Source: Octopus sinensis | Taxonomy: Eukaryota | Assembly (NCBI RefSeq): GCF_006345805.1 | Contig: NC_043006.1 | Span: forward strand, 36,952,001-37,016,000 | DNA: 64,000 nucleotides | Direction: 5' to 3' | Part shown: positions 12,089-25,737 of the stretch, one piece after another | Layout of the letters: each line of letters starts with the position of its first letter | Position numbering within the stretch: position 1 is the first letter of the stretch | Program-made: the position numbers and the translations under genes | The notes under the pieces: generated by a model | What the model saw: the letters and a program-made list of their open reading frames with translations, nothing else | What the model was told of the DNA's origin: nothing | Database searches by the model: none

Positions 12089-12877
12089 ACAATCATAAAC
12101 ATACAAAAACCTAGAATTGTGCTTTTTTTTGCTTATATTTTGCTCATGTTTATTTATTAGGTCAATAAACTGAGATCTGAGTTCAAATACTACCAACTGA
12201 CATGGAATTTCATAAAATAATAACTACAATAAACATTTTGGATCAATTCAGTCATCTATAAAAGAATTACCATTTTTTTTTTGTGTGTAATAGCTGTCTT
12301 TTGTTTTCTTATGTATAGTTGCTGGCCTCCCTCCAGTAGGTACCTATTTTTTATATGCAGGTGCAACACAGTAGAAGCCTGCTCAACAAAAAGCTGGTCA
12401 CCCAGGTTTACCATAAGGTTATCAGTTATGCCTCATAATACCATTCTTTATTCTAACTTCAACCTCATCATCATCATCATTTAATATCCATTTCCATGCT
12501 GCCATGGGATGCATGGTTTGATAGGATCCGGTAAAACCAGGAACTGCACCAGGTTCCATAGTCTATTTTGGCATAGTTTCTACTTCCTAGTGCCAACCAC
12601 TTACAGAGTGTACTGGGTCCTTTATACATGGGGGTCAGTGCTTTTTCAGAAAGCAAAAGAAAATTTCCATATCTTCTTGGGTAACAGAGGTGTGCTACTC
12701 CACAAACTGAAAACAATTTCTGGTCAAAGAACTTCTTGGGAGGCACAGAGTTAGTAGGACTAAGAATTATTTTAGCTACTTTCTAAGCAAACAAGCCACA
12801 AAACAAAGAAAGAAACACAAATACAAAAACAAAGCTGTTAGATTAGACCAAACAGAACAGAAGGACTTGTCATTGGT

Positions 12878-13300
12878 GTAGACATGGCTGTATGGTTAAG
12901 ATGTTTGCTTCTGAACTATATGGTTTCAGGTTCAGTTCTATAGTAGGTGGTTCACTATAGCCCCAGGCCAACCAAAAGCCTTGTGAGTGGATTTGGATAA
13001 TGGAAGCTGAAAGAAGCCCTTGTGTTAATATATATGTTTGTGTGTGAGTGTGTTTTGAGTCTCTTTTGTTTTGACATTGTATAGTGGTTGTAAATGAATG
13101 TCACTGTCATACAAGCAGTGACATTCATTTCCAATATTCAGTGAAAACATGTCTGGCTATGGGGAGATATTATCTTGGTTAGAAACAGGTGAAAGTTAGT
13201 AACAGGAAAGGTATCTGACCATAGGAAATCTGCCTCAATGAACTCTGTCTGACCCATATAAGCATGGAAAAGTGGATGTTAAAATGATGACGACGACAAT
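12878..13300 (+). mobile_element. Family A head with RTE-type (GAT)n tail (variant A2), fully CpG-decayed
   Basis: Family A head followed by 'ggaaaggtatctgacc...gcatggaaaagtggatgttaaaatgatgac'; similar copies at ~25245-25630 and 55580-55860. Confidence 0.75.
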
Positions 13301-13348
13301 GGTCTCCACTCCACAAGGATTGAAAGGCTAAGAGAGGAAAGAGATGCT

Positions 13349-13575
13349 TTAATCTTTTAGCAGTCAGATTAGTGCCAAATGAAACACTTAGTTATTCACG
13401 CAATTTTGCATTAATCAAGCATATCCTCATAGCTTCGAGATTTCAACGATGTGATTGTTTAGTTTTAAAATGACATTGTTGAGTAGGTGTGAGAGGCTAG
13501 ATCTGGCTGGTTTGAACATAAAGTAGGTAGAATTATTTGGGCTGGATATGGCTTGTTTAAATGCTAAAGGGTGAA
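13349..13575. mobile_element. piggyBac-type MITE, complete decayed copy
   Basis: ttaatcttttagca ... tgctaaagggtgaa terminal inverted repeats. Confidence 0.7.
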
Positions 13576-15159
13576 AGGAATTCAAGAAGTGTAAAAAGAC
13601 CTAGTGCCCAATTAAGAAATTAAAATTAAACAATTTGCACACACCCCCACATGGCTGTGTGCACTGGCACAAAATCATAACTGCAGCCACAGAAATGATT
13701 TTCAGAGTATATGGGCATCCAACCATAAAAAACCATGCTAAAACTAACCTTGCCTATGCTGGTGCCATGTAAAAAGCACTCAGCCCACTCTATGGGGTGG
13801 TCAGTGTTAGGAAGGGTATCCAGCCGTAAAAACCATGCCAAAACAGACACAGAAGTCTGGTGCAGACTCCTGCCTGGCCACCTCCTGTCAGACTGTCCAA
13901 CTCATGGCAGCATGGAAGGAGGATGTGAAATGATTATGATTGATGATCATGATTAAAGACTTCCACTCCATTTGTGTTTGGTTCTTGTGAGGTTTCATTT
14001 GATGCTTTATAGGAAACTAAGTTATTCATGTGTGATCAGATTTGAATGACAAATGCTGCACAATGTAGTATAAAACATGGTAAAAAAAAAATCAGGGGCC
14101 GTGAAAGAGAGAGAGATAGATTTGAAGTCTTCTAGCTAGAAGTGAGACCAGGGTTTTCAGGTTCATGGGAAACATACATATACAACATATATTTTGGAGG
14201 ATTTTAGTGGTTTTGGTTATTAGCCTGTGGCCATGATGGGGCACTGCCTTGAAGGATTTTAGTTGAACACATCAACCCCAGTGTTTTTGTTTTCATTAGA
14301 GCTTGGTATCTTTTGCTAAACTGCCAAGTTATGAGAGCATAAATAGTTGTGAAGTGGTGATGGGGAACAAACACAGACACGTACACATACACATGCACAT
14401 ATAGTTTCCAACTAGCAATAACCACAACTCGGATAACCCTCATTAGCTATCGTACTAACAGTAGTACCATATATGGACTTCTTTCAGTCTCCATCTACCA
14501 AGTTCATTTACAAAGCTTTGAACAGCCAAAGGTTATAGTAGAAGACACTCGCCCAAGGTGCCAAACTGTAGGACTGAACCCAGAACCATGTGGTTGGGAG
14601 GCAAGCTTTTTACTACACAACCATGCCAGCATACATATACCACACATAAAACAATGCAGTTTATCTAAGTGTATGTCTGCAATAAAACATACATACATAC
14701 ATATTACAGTGTCTCCCAGGAAATGTTTCTGCATTTTAAACAATGTTTTATGAGGAAAACTTGACAGATTTACAGCAGACATGGTGGATATAGCGGGGGG
14801 GGGGGAGTATAGCTGTGTGTGGGGGGGGGGGTAAAGCACTGAAATGCTCAGCAGTAGTACGCTTTAGCAAAGAAGCGTGTAGAGTGTAGAACCCGTTACC
14901 AATAAGTGTTCTTGTATAGAGGTAGACAGACTATTAAATCCATAGTATAATTTTATACAGGTATCCTCAGTGGATACAAAGCAAGAGATGTATAAATAGC
15001 AGATTTAATGGTCTGTATAGCTGAAGGGGTTTTTTTTTTCCCTTCATTAGTAAAAATGGAAAAATACATTATCACTAGATGAAATGGATTTTCATTTATA
15101 GTTTTCTCTTATTATTTTGTTACATACACATTATTTATTTCTTCATTGCTCACAGGGGG

Positions 15160-15610
15160 CTAAACATAGAGGGGACAAGCATGGACAGACAAAGGAATTA
15201 AGTCGATTAGATGGACTTCAGTATTCAACTGGTACTTAATTCATCAACCCTGAAAGGATGAAAGGCAATGGCAAAGTCAACCTTGGCAGAATTTGAACTC
15301 AGAACGTAACGGCAGACGAAATACTGCTAAGCATTTTGCCCGGTGTACTAACAATTCTGCCAGCTTGCCACCCTTATTATAATTATTATTATCATTATTA
15401 TTAAGATGGCAAGCTGGCAGAATTGTTAGCTCACTGAGAGAAACACTTAGCGGTATTTCGTCTGTCGTTACATTCTGGGTTCAAATTCTGCCATGGTTAA
15501 CTTCACCTTTCATCCTTTTGGGGTCGATAAATTAAGTACCAGTTGAGTACTGGGTTGATGTAATTGACTGGCTCCCTCCCCCAAATTTCAAGCTTGTCCC
15601 TATAGGAGAA
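15160..15610. mobile_element. Two family B tRNA-SINEs head-to-head (- then +)
   Basis: Shared domain 'gcctttcatcctttcggggtcgataaattaagtaccag'; other copies at 16865, 17590, 24505, 30895, 36715, 36975, 54640, 54860. Confidence 0.85.
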
Positions 15611-15624
15611 ACTTGGCACTATTG

Positions 15625-16080
15625 GTTACAACGATGAGAGTTCCAGTTGATCTGATCAATGGAACAGCCTGCTTGAGAAATTAATGTGCAAGTGGCTGAG
15701 CACTCCACAGACACGCCTATTCTTAATGTGTATTCTTAACATAGTTCTGAGGGAGGTTCAGTGTGATACAGAATAACGATGAGAGTTCCAGTTGATCTGA
15801 TCAATGGAACAGCCTGCTTGAGAAATTAATGTGCAAGTGGCTGAGCACTCCACAGACACGCCTATTCTTAATGTGTATTCTTAACATAGTTCTGAGGGAG
15901 GTTCAGTGTGATACAGAATATGACAAGACCGGCCCCTTTGAATTGCAGGTACAACTCATTTTTGCTAGTTGTGTGGACTGGAGCAACGTTAATAGAGTGA
16001 ATTGCTTAAGGACATAATGTCACCAGGAATCAAACTCATGACCGTATGAACATTAGCCAAATACCTCAACCACTAAGCCA
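15625..16080 (-). mobile_element. Family C tRNA-SINE with an internal perfect 145-bp tandem duplication
   Basis: Head tggcttagtggtt... at ~16080; 15630-15774 equals 15775-15919. Confidence 0.85.
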
Positions 16081-18104
16081 CATGCCTGTGTGTGTGCATG
16101 TGTGAGTGAGTGTGTGAGTATGTGTGCGCGTATGAGTGTGTGTGTGTGTGCGCACATGCATGTGTGTGTGTGTGTTCCCCAAAACTTGACAACAGGGTTG
16201 GTTTGTTTATGTTCCTGTAACTTAGCAGTTTGGCAGAAGAGCACACAATAGAATATGTACCACACTTTAAAAAATAAATAAATACCAGGGTTGATGATTT
16301 GTTCAAGTTAACCCTTCAAGTTGGTGGTACCCCCAACATGACTGAAATAGAGAAATAAAAGGCTATAACAGAGACAAGACAGAGAGAGAGAGACACACAC
16401 ACACACACAATGGCCACTTGATCCACTTAACTTCAACCAAAATATTTATGTTTCTACCTAAGATAAGCTAAATTGTTGACACTTTGCTTGCCCTACTTCT
16501 CCAGTCTGACCTCAACAGAACCATTCTCCTGTCAGGAAAGAAATGACAAACAAATAAACCCAGCAGCAGAATTTGCAGCTTTCCCACCCCAAAACCTATC
16601 TAAAGCTAGTAAGTGGAGTGCATGTTAATAAAATATCACCTGAAAATCCCAGAGAGAGAGATAGAGATAGAGATAGAGAGAGAGAGAGAGAAAGACAAAG
16701 CTAACCATTAAAAACAGCAGCAGTGACAGATATTGTAAGGTAGCACTGGTGCACTACAGATTGTTTCTAAATGAACTGAATTACATAAAAAACAACTACA
16801 AAAATAAAACCTTCAGCTCTTGCTGCTGTTCTATCACCTTCTCCCTTTCTGCTGGGACTAAATAATAACAGTAATCCTTTCTACCAGAGGCACAAGACCT
16901 GAAATTTGGGGTAGGGGGATAGTCAATTACATCGACCCTGGTGTGTAACTTGTACTTATTTCATCGACCCTGAAAAAATGAAAGGCAAAGTTGACCTCAG
17001 TAGAATTTGAACTCAGAAATGTAAGGACAGATGAAATGCTGCTAAGCATGTTAATGATTGTGCCACCTTGATGCCTTCAATGGTATGAATATTGATAAGT
17101 AAGGTATACAAAATACAGTACAAAATAAAATTTGCTTTGAGAGAGCAGTTAACAAGCACTTTGCAGCATTTGCATAGATCAATGGCTTCCAACCTTTTCT
17201 CTACCAAGGTGCTCCTTTATCTAAATGAATTTCTCCATGGGCCTAAAACGTCTGAAAGGTCTGTCTACTCAACAAATTTTGAACTCAGCTCATTGAACCC
17301 TAAACTGCTGACTTGTAAGATTTCACAAGATATATATATATATATATATATACTTGTGGGCTAACAAGGCAACCAATGGTTTCATGGGGAAAAGATATCC
17401 CCAACTGCTCAAAGGAGCCATATGGAAATGTTGAGATCTCTTTAGCATAAAACTATTGGCTGCCTTGTTATCCCATAAAAAATGTTTATCCACTAATAGT
17501 GTTGAGCACTCATTTTCATTGTTTGATATTAGCATATGTCTCTCTCTCCCTTTCTATATATATATATGGAACCATTAAGTACTCAAAACAGGGTGGCAAG
17601 CTGGCAGAATCGTTAAAATGCTGGGCAAAATGCTTAGCAGTATTTTGTCTGCTGCTATGTTCTGAGTTCAAATTCTGCTGAGAACAACTTTGCCTTTCAC
17701 CCTTTAGGAGTTGATTAAATAAGTACCAGTTATGCACTGGGATTGATGTAATCGACTTAATCACTTTGTCTTTGTTTGTCCCCTCTATGTTTAGCCCCTT
17801 GTGGGCAATAAAGAAATAAATTAAGTACTCAAAACATGTCCTTGTATAGTCCCAGGTCTTAGTCATGGCTAAGCAAATCTGTACCATGTAGATGCAGGTT
17901 AGTCAGCCAAATGGCTTGTGTAACTCAAAGATGTGTCAGTCCAGTTATGCTAATGCCTACACTGTGTTGAGGACCATTGAAATTGTATGTTCTACCAACC
18001 ATATTACATGTTTGGCAACAGAAAAGGCACATGGGGTGCAGTGTAACTGCTGGACATTGCTATAATCCTTTGTAGTCCTATGTATTTCTGTATGCCTGTG
18101 GTTG

Positions 18105-18690
18105 GCAAGTGGCTTAGTGGTTAGGGTGTTTGACTCATGATTGTGAAGCTGTGTGTTTGATTTCTGGTGGTCCTTGAGCAAGACACTTTATGTCCTGCTG
18201 CTATAGTCCTCTCAACTGGCAAAAATGAGTTGTACCTGTAATTACAAAGGGGCCAGCCTTCTCACATTCTGTGTCATGCTGAATCTCCCGAGAACTATGT
18301 TAAGTGCACACGAGCAAAATTGCAGTTGTGGCAGGTACCAGCGTCATGCAAATTGGCACCTGTGCTGGTAGCACGTAAATGCACCCTGGTGTCACACAAA
18401 TGGCACCTGTGCTGGTGGCATGTAAAAGCACCCATTACACTCTCAGGGAGGTTGGCACTAGGAAGGGCATCCAGCCGTAGAAAACCATGCCAAATCAGAC
18501 GAGTCTTTGTGCAGCCTTCCAGCGTGCCAGCCCAGTCAAACCGTCCAACCCATGCCAGCATGGACAACGAGCATTAAATGATGATGATGTGTCAGAAGAG
18601 TACTCAGACACTTGCATGTTGATTTCACAAGCAGGCTGTTCCGCTGATTGGATCAACTGGAACCCTCACTGTTGTACCTGACAGAGTGCC
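18105..18690 (+). mobile_element. Family C SINE interrupted by a family D insertion (~18312-18585)
   Basis: Family C sequence 'acacg|tgtc' is split by a D copy ending in (GAT)n. Confidence 0.8.
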
Positions 18691-19949
18691 AGTTTAGTCC
18701 CAGATAAGCACCGAACTGTTCAACCCATCCCAGCATGGAACACAGATGCTAAATGATGATGATGATGCTGATGAAGTTGTCAACATGCATGAATATTTAG
18801 GTGAGACTGAGGTACAATATATGTATGTTGATGTGTGTGTGTGTGTGTATGCATAAGGGTACACACATCATGCAACTACCATTATGCATGAGATATGAAA
18901 GAATGAGACAAGCTTGTAGAATACATATAACTATGAGTACATAGACATATATGTAAACAAATGTGCACGTGCGCGCACACGCACACACACATACTTGTAT
19001 GCGTATATATTTACATGGCGTATGTGAATACGGGTTGGTTGAGTAGCAAGAACAGCAGTGTAGAATCTCAAGAGATGAGAATTATGCATTTGGTATGGCA
19101 TCTTCAAATAAAAGTAATTTTGGTTTAAAACGGAGAAGAGGGTAGTGGAGGTGGTGCATGTGTTAAACAGCCGTGGTGGAGAGGTTATGAAACTTAGAAG
19201 GTAGTGAAGTAAGGAGGTTGGAAGTAACAGTGGTGGTGGTGGTGGCAAAGTTAAAAAACAAAACAAAAAAAAAACCTCAACAAAATACTAAAAGCCATTA
19301 TGGTGACGATGATGGTGATGATGTTGGTGGCAGTGATACTGGTATACTTACATTTACTATACATTAAGTGAAAGTAAATGATAGTATTGTGAGTAGAAGA
19401 CAACACACTAAATCTGAGTTGTAAAAGAAAATTATAAACAATAATATAAATACACACACACACATGTACATACATATATCCATACAGACGCACACATATA
19501 TACATACATATATACACATAAATATGCAGCCACATACATACATATACACATAAATTCTACAGAGATTTACAGAAGTAAACTAAGTACTTTATAAAAAAGG
19601 ATGGAGAAAAATAAATACATAAAAAAAAAATGAAATGAAGATTTTAGTGACATTCAGAGTAAGCAATGAACAAAGAGAGAAACAACAAGTGATGTTGTTG
19701 TTCATGTTTGCTGACCAGCCCTTCTTGATTTCAGTGTCACCATCTTTATTTAGTGTCCACTTTTCCATGCTTCCATGGATCAGACAGAATTTACTGAGGC
19801 AGATTTTTCTACGGCCGGGTGCCTTTACTGTCACCAACCCTCACATGTTTCCAAGCAAGGTAATACTTCCCCATGGCCAGACACATTTTTCACAGCCTTG
19901 TGAGTGGATTTAGAAGACGCAAGTTGAAAGAAACCCAATACTCTATGTA

Positions 19950-20470
19950 AAGTGGCTGGCATGAAGAAGGGCATCCAGTCGTAGAAACCAAACAGAAACA
20001 GACAATGGAACCTGGTGTGGTTCCTGGCTTTGCCAGCTAACAGACAATGAAACCTGATGTGGCCCCTGGCTTTGCCAACTCCTGTCAAACCGTCCAACCC
20101 ATGCCAGCAATAGATGATGATGATGATGATCATCATCATCATCGTTTAACGTCCGTTCTCCATGCTAGCATGGGTTGGACGGTTCGACCGGGGTTCTGGG
20201 AAGCCAGAAGGCTGCACCAGGCTCCAGTCTAATCTGGCAATGTTTCTACAGCTGGATGCCCTTCCTAACGCCAACCACTCCATGAGTGTAGTGGGTGCTT
20301 TTTACGTGCCAGGCGAGGCTGGCAACGGCCACGGTCAGATTGGTGTATTTTATGTGCCACCGGCACGGAAGCCAGTCGAGGCGGTGCTGGCATCGGCCAC
20401 GAGTCGGATAGTGCTTTTTACGTACCACCAGACCAGGGATCCTGGCTGGTTCAATTCGATTTCGATTTCG
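19950..20470. mobile_element. Two family D (RTE-tail) elements tail-to-tail
   Basis: + copy ends in (GAT)n at ~20130, immediately followed by (CAT)n of a - copy. Confidence 0.85.
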
Positions 20471-21376
20471 ATGATGATAATGATAATGATGTCTGTGCAT
20501 GTATGTCTCTATACATATGTCCTAGTATGTATGTGTGTGTATGGATACATAAATATATGTATCCTTGCTTAGACATCACGTGATGGTTCTAAACAAGCAT
20601 CACAATCACACAGGTGATGTGGTTTATTTCCAGTCCTCTGTGAAAAACACGTCTGGCCATGGGGAAATATTACCTTATTTGAAAACAGGTGAGGGTTGGT
20701 GACAGGAAGAGCATCCAGCTCTAGAAAAATCTGCTTCAACAAATGGGAAAGCATGGAAAAGTAGACTAAACGATGATGATAAACCACTATGGAATCCTTC
20801 ATATATTGATTCAACACAGAAAAAGGATGGCTTCCAACTGCCCTCACTGAAAAGATTGGGACTCAGAACTAAAATTACACAACATTTCTGCAACCTACAG
20901 AAAGTGGCCAACTGTACTACTTCTCCAGGATAGCTATTTACACACAGTGTTTCCTATTCAATAAACTTGCCTCTCCTCTTATTAATTAATAAATAAGTTG
21001 TCATGTATTTAAGGTTGGGAGATCAAAACATTAACTAGAAATAATTATATGGTGAGGAAACAGCAATATTAGTCACTCACTAAATATTGTTTTTATTAAA
21101 TCCACAACGTGCAAGCATGGGTGTTTGGTTAAGAAGCTCACTTAGCAACCACATTGTTTTGGGTTCAGTCCCACTGTGCAGCACCTTGGCAAGTGCCTTT
21201 TACTATAGCTCTAAACTAATCCAATGCGTTATGAGTGTATCTGGTAGAGAGAAACTGTATGGAAGCCCTTTGTGCATGTGTGCGCTTGTGTATGTATATA
21301 TATATATATATATATATATAAAAAGGATGTGTTATAACATTATTCAACATAAACAAAACCAGCCATACCAACATAC

Positions 21377-21429
21377 CTCCATCATCAGCTGCCCCACGGA
21401 TACCATTCAATCCGGCAGTGTCAACAGCA
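21377..21429 (-). CDS. Candidate 53-nt coding exon, phase 2-1, AVDTAGLNGIRGAADDG
   Basis: acacttattttag| acceptor, GAG|gtatgt donor, single open frame, GC-rich with retained CpGs inside a CpG-depleted domain. Confidence 0.6.
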
Positions 21430-21449
21430 CTAAAATAAGTGTTGTTTGG

Positions 21450-21491
<42 letters not shown>

Positions 21492-22384
21492 ACACATATA
21501 TATGGGTGTATATGTGTGTGCACATGTATGTGCATGTGTTTGCGAAAGAGAAAATATCATTGTGTTTTTCCTTCACCACAACTTTTAACAGGTGTTGGTT
21601 TGTTTACATCCCTGTAAGTAAGTGGTTCAGCAAAAGAAGCTGATAGATAAGTATCAGGTTTAGAAATAACTACTGGGATTGATTCATTTGACTGAAACCC
21701 TTCAAGATGGTGCCCCAGCATGGCCACAGTCCAATAACTGAAACTAGTAACTGATACAATTGGTAAACGAGACATTCTACTTGACGTTTCTTTGTCTTCT
21801 AACAATAAAGATTTCTCAGATTAGCACAAGGTCACGTATTTTTGTCAAAAAGGTTAAACTACTCAATCAAACTTCAGCAGATGACTGGTACTTATTTAAT
21901 CCACTCTAGAAGGATAAGTCTACCTTAGCCAGCAAAGTGGAGAGGAACATTGTAGCAGGTAATTAGTCCTTTGACAATATCTTACTAGTAGATAGGCAGC
22001 AAGCTGGCAGAAACATTAGCATGCTGGGCAAATTGCTTAGTGGTGTTCAAAATATTACCTTGCTGGGAAACAGGTGAGGGTTGGTGACAAGAAGGGTATC
22101 TGGCTGTAGAAAAATATCTACCACAAACAAATTCTGTCAGATCTATGCAAGCATGGAAAAGTAGATGTTAAATGATAATGATGAAGATGATAATCCTGGA
22201 AGGTGATAAGGTTTAAATCAACTTCAGTAAAACTGGGACTTACAACCCTTCAATAAGCTAAGATTGGTGACCTATGAGATCAGCACAAGTTTTCAATATT
22301 CCAGATAAAAGAAGAAAACTTACCTTGATTAACCAGGTAGTCAATAAAAACATTACTTACATACATACATACATACATGCATAC

Positions 22385-22700
22385 ACACATAGAAGTAGTA
22401 GTGGTTGCTGAGACCCCCCTCACTCATGACTGACCATGGGATTGCACCTAGAAAGTTATCGTCCCAGGCAAAGTCTGGGCAAGGTTGATTATGGAAGACC
22501 AGCAGTCGCCTACGCATACCGCCCTCCCCTCTCCACGCCACCAGTGTTATCCAAGGGAAAGGCAAAGGCTGATACAGCTTAGCACCTGTGACATCGCAAC
22601 TCATTTCTACAGCTGAGTGAACTGGAGCAACGTGAAATAAAGTGTCTTGCTCAAGAATACAACACGCAGCCCAGTCTGAGATTCAAACTCACAACCTCAA
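22385..22700 (-). mobile_element. tRNA-derived SINE, family E
   Basis: B-box-like gagtttgaatctc near 22685 on minus, followed by 'cttgagcaagacactttatttcacgttgctccag' as in family C. Confidence 0.7.
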
Positions 22701-22721
22701 CCATGGTAGTGGTAGTAAAGA

Positions 22722-22753
<32 letters not shown>

Positions 22754-22758
22754 ATTAC

Positions 22759-22855
22759 CTGGTTTAACCTTTATCTCACAAGCTCTTTATGTTAGTAAAA
22801 TCTCACCTATAAATCATTACATATCCAAGTGAAAAGAAAAGGGGAAAAAAACAAA
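22759..22855 (-). other. Candidate recursive splice site with a 48-nt RS-type poison exon
   Basis: Pyrimidine tract, first AG immediately followed by GTGAGA; downstream CAG|gtaatt; stops in all three frames. Confidence 0.4.
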
Positions 22856-23384
22856 TGACAAAGGTGGTAGGTTTTCATGTTATGCCTGACTGTTGTCATT
22901 TACATCAGTTCATGAGAGAGAGAGGGAGTCGGAAAGAGAGAGAGAGGGAGCCGGAAAGAGAGGGAGAGATATTGTGATAGCTTAAGGAAGTTGATAACAA
23001 GGAGAAGAAAAAAATAAGAGATAAGTTGAGTGGGGTCACGGGAATTGGTTGTGTAGAAACAGCTAATCTACATTTTATATGGTGTAAGAGGTTGGTGGGT
23101 GTATAAGCAGTAGAATTATATACACATTGCTGTATTTATCCCCCTACTGTCAAGGAGGCACAGCTGGTTCAATTAGATATGGTGACAGACTTCCAGTCTG
23201 TGGTCAGGAGCTTCTACGAGGTTGCTAGAAATAATAGCTAAATCTTCCTCAACTCGTATTATCTTCTTAATTAAGAGGACATACTGGAAGTTGGTTGTTT
23301 TGGGAAAGAAATTTGTTCACTTTTAAATTTTCAATTCTTATATTTTCATTGCTTTTTAACAACGTTTGTATTTTGGTCATGTTT

Positions 23385-23424
<40 letters not shown>

Positions 23425-25678
23425 ACACACACACAAATGTAACTTAGAAATATGTAAATTATGTTAAGTATGGTGGTTGTGTGGTCAGAAGTTTGCTTCC
23501 CAACCACATGGTTTGGGGTTCAGTCCCACGGTGTGGAGACTTTAGGTAAGTGTCTTCTATAACTCCAGCTTGACCACAATCTTTTGTATGGATTTGGTAG
23601 ATGACAATAGATTTCTTTATTGGCCACACAGGGCTGAACACAGAAGAGACAAAATACAAAATAGAGCTTTTCTGTTTAGGAAGAAGAGGAGGAAAAAAAG
23701 AAAAGGGTTGAATTCTGATCAAAAGAGATCGTGAAAAAAAAAAGAGAAAAAAGAAAGTAGGTCCGATCAATAGGGATCGTGTATCACAGAAGCAAATAGA
23801 GAGGAGGCCGTCATGTGTGTATGCATGTGTGTTACTATCTTTTTGCCCTCATACTGCAAGATAGTTGTAAATGAGTGTCACTGTTACACAAGGGGTATCC
23901 TTTATTGGCAGTCTTCCATGAAAACCTGTTTGGACATGGGGAAAATATTAACATGTTTAGAAACAAGTGATGGTTGATGATAGGAAGGGCTTCTGGGCCG
24001 CAGAAAATCCACCTCAATAAATTCCACCTGACCCACACAAGCAAGGAAAAGAGGACATTAAAACAATGATGATGATGATGATTGTGCTTGGGACCATTTC
24101 CCAAAGTTTCCAGCCAAAGTCCGTCACTTTCGACAACCTATACAACATATAAAATACCTCTTGTTTGTCATCATCATTTAACGTCAATCATCCATGCTGG
24201 CATGGGATGCAGGGTTTGATAGGAGTGAACAAGCCAGAGTATTGTATCTATGTGTATCTTTGTGTTCATAGTTGCCCCCCACCCCCACTGCTTGAGAACT
24301 AGTGTTCATGTGTTTATGTCCCCAGCAGTCTGGCAAAAGAAACTGATAGAATAAGTACCAGGCTTTAAAAAAAAAAAAAGAGTACTGGGGTTGATTCCAG
24401 GGTTGTGGAGTCAGAAACAATGAAGGGGTAACTGCAGTTGGAATCGGTAAAACTATACTGATTCCGACTCACAATATCTTTATTCTTTAATATAAACTAG
24501 TTCAAGGCAGTGAGCTGGTAGAAATGTTAGCACACTGGGTGAAATGCTTAGTGGTATTTCATCTGTCTTTACATTCAGAGTTCAATTTCCTCTGAGGTCG
24601 ACTTGGCTTTCATCCTTTTGGGGTTGATAAATTAAGTACCAGTTGTGTACTCATGTCGATCTAATTGACTGGCCCCCTCCCCAAAAATTTTGGGCCTTGT
24701 GCCTTGTGTAGAAAAGCATATAAACCAGTTATAACCTATAGGCCTACTCAAAGTACAAGCGTATACATATGCTTTAAGAGACTGCAATCACTTAATTACA
24801 TAAAGAGGAGTCAGACTCGGAGTTTTCTTGTTTTGACTCCACAGCCCCGGTGGATTCATTTGACTTAAAATTCTTCATAGCAGTGTCCCAGCATGGCCAC
24901 AGACTAATGACTGAAACAAGTCAAAAAAAAGAGAAAAGACATGTTTAATGTTTCAAATTTTCACACAAAGTGAACAGTTTTGAGGGGGAGGGGCATATGA
25001 AGACCTTTAACCCCAGTACTTGACTGGTACTTGATTTTGTTAACCCCCTATCCTCACCCCGAAAGGATGAAAGGTAAAGTTGATGTTGACAGGATCACTG
25101 AACAATTGTTACTGATGTTTGCTACAATATTTATCAGTTTTCAGTCAGCATTGCTCTAGATTTAAAAAAAACTTATCTATCATCCCCACCCAGCACCAAT
25201 TGAGACTGTAGTCCTAGATACACTAAGCCTGAGAAAATAGAATATTATTGTGTGTTGCGCATGGTTAAGAAGATTGCTTCCCAACCATGTGGTCTTTGTC
25301 TCAGCTCCACTGCACAGCATCTTGGGCAAGTGTCTTCTATAGCCCCAGGCCAATCAATGCCTTGTGAGTGGATTGGATAGACAGAAGATCAAAGCCCATC
25401 CTCTGTGTGTGTGTCTGTGTGTTTGTGTACTCCTATCTTGACATCATTTGGCAATTGTAAATGAGCATCATGGTCATGCAAGCAGTGTTGTTCGTTTCTG
25501 GTCTTCCATGGTAAACACGTCTGGCCAAGGGGAAATATCTTGTTTAGAAACAAAAAAAAAACTGCCACAATGAATTCCACCTGACCCAAGCAAGCACAGA
25601 AAAGTGGACATTAAATGATGATGATGATGATTATACAACTGCAAGTTTGGGGTAAAAAGGACACACACACACATTTAC

Positions 25679-25737
25679 CTGTTGTTGGAGAAGACACAAT
25701 ATACTTGGTTGCTATACTGGGTAAAACAAGGGATACC
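25679..25737 (-). CDS. Candidate 59-nt coding exon (phase 0-2 GIPCFTQYSNQVYCVFSNN, or phase 2-1 VSLVLPSIATKYIVSSPTT)
   Basis: ctgttacttacag| acceptor, CAG|gtaaat donor; two open frames. Confidence 0.5.

Noticed and set aside
11411-12196. Long ORFs such as the 261-aa [11 protein letters not shown], and similar ones at 32040-32543, 44712-45324, 63473-63998
   Set aside because: Translations of (TA)n/(CA)n microsatellites
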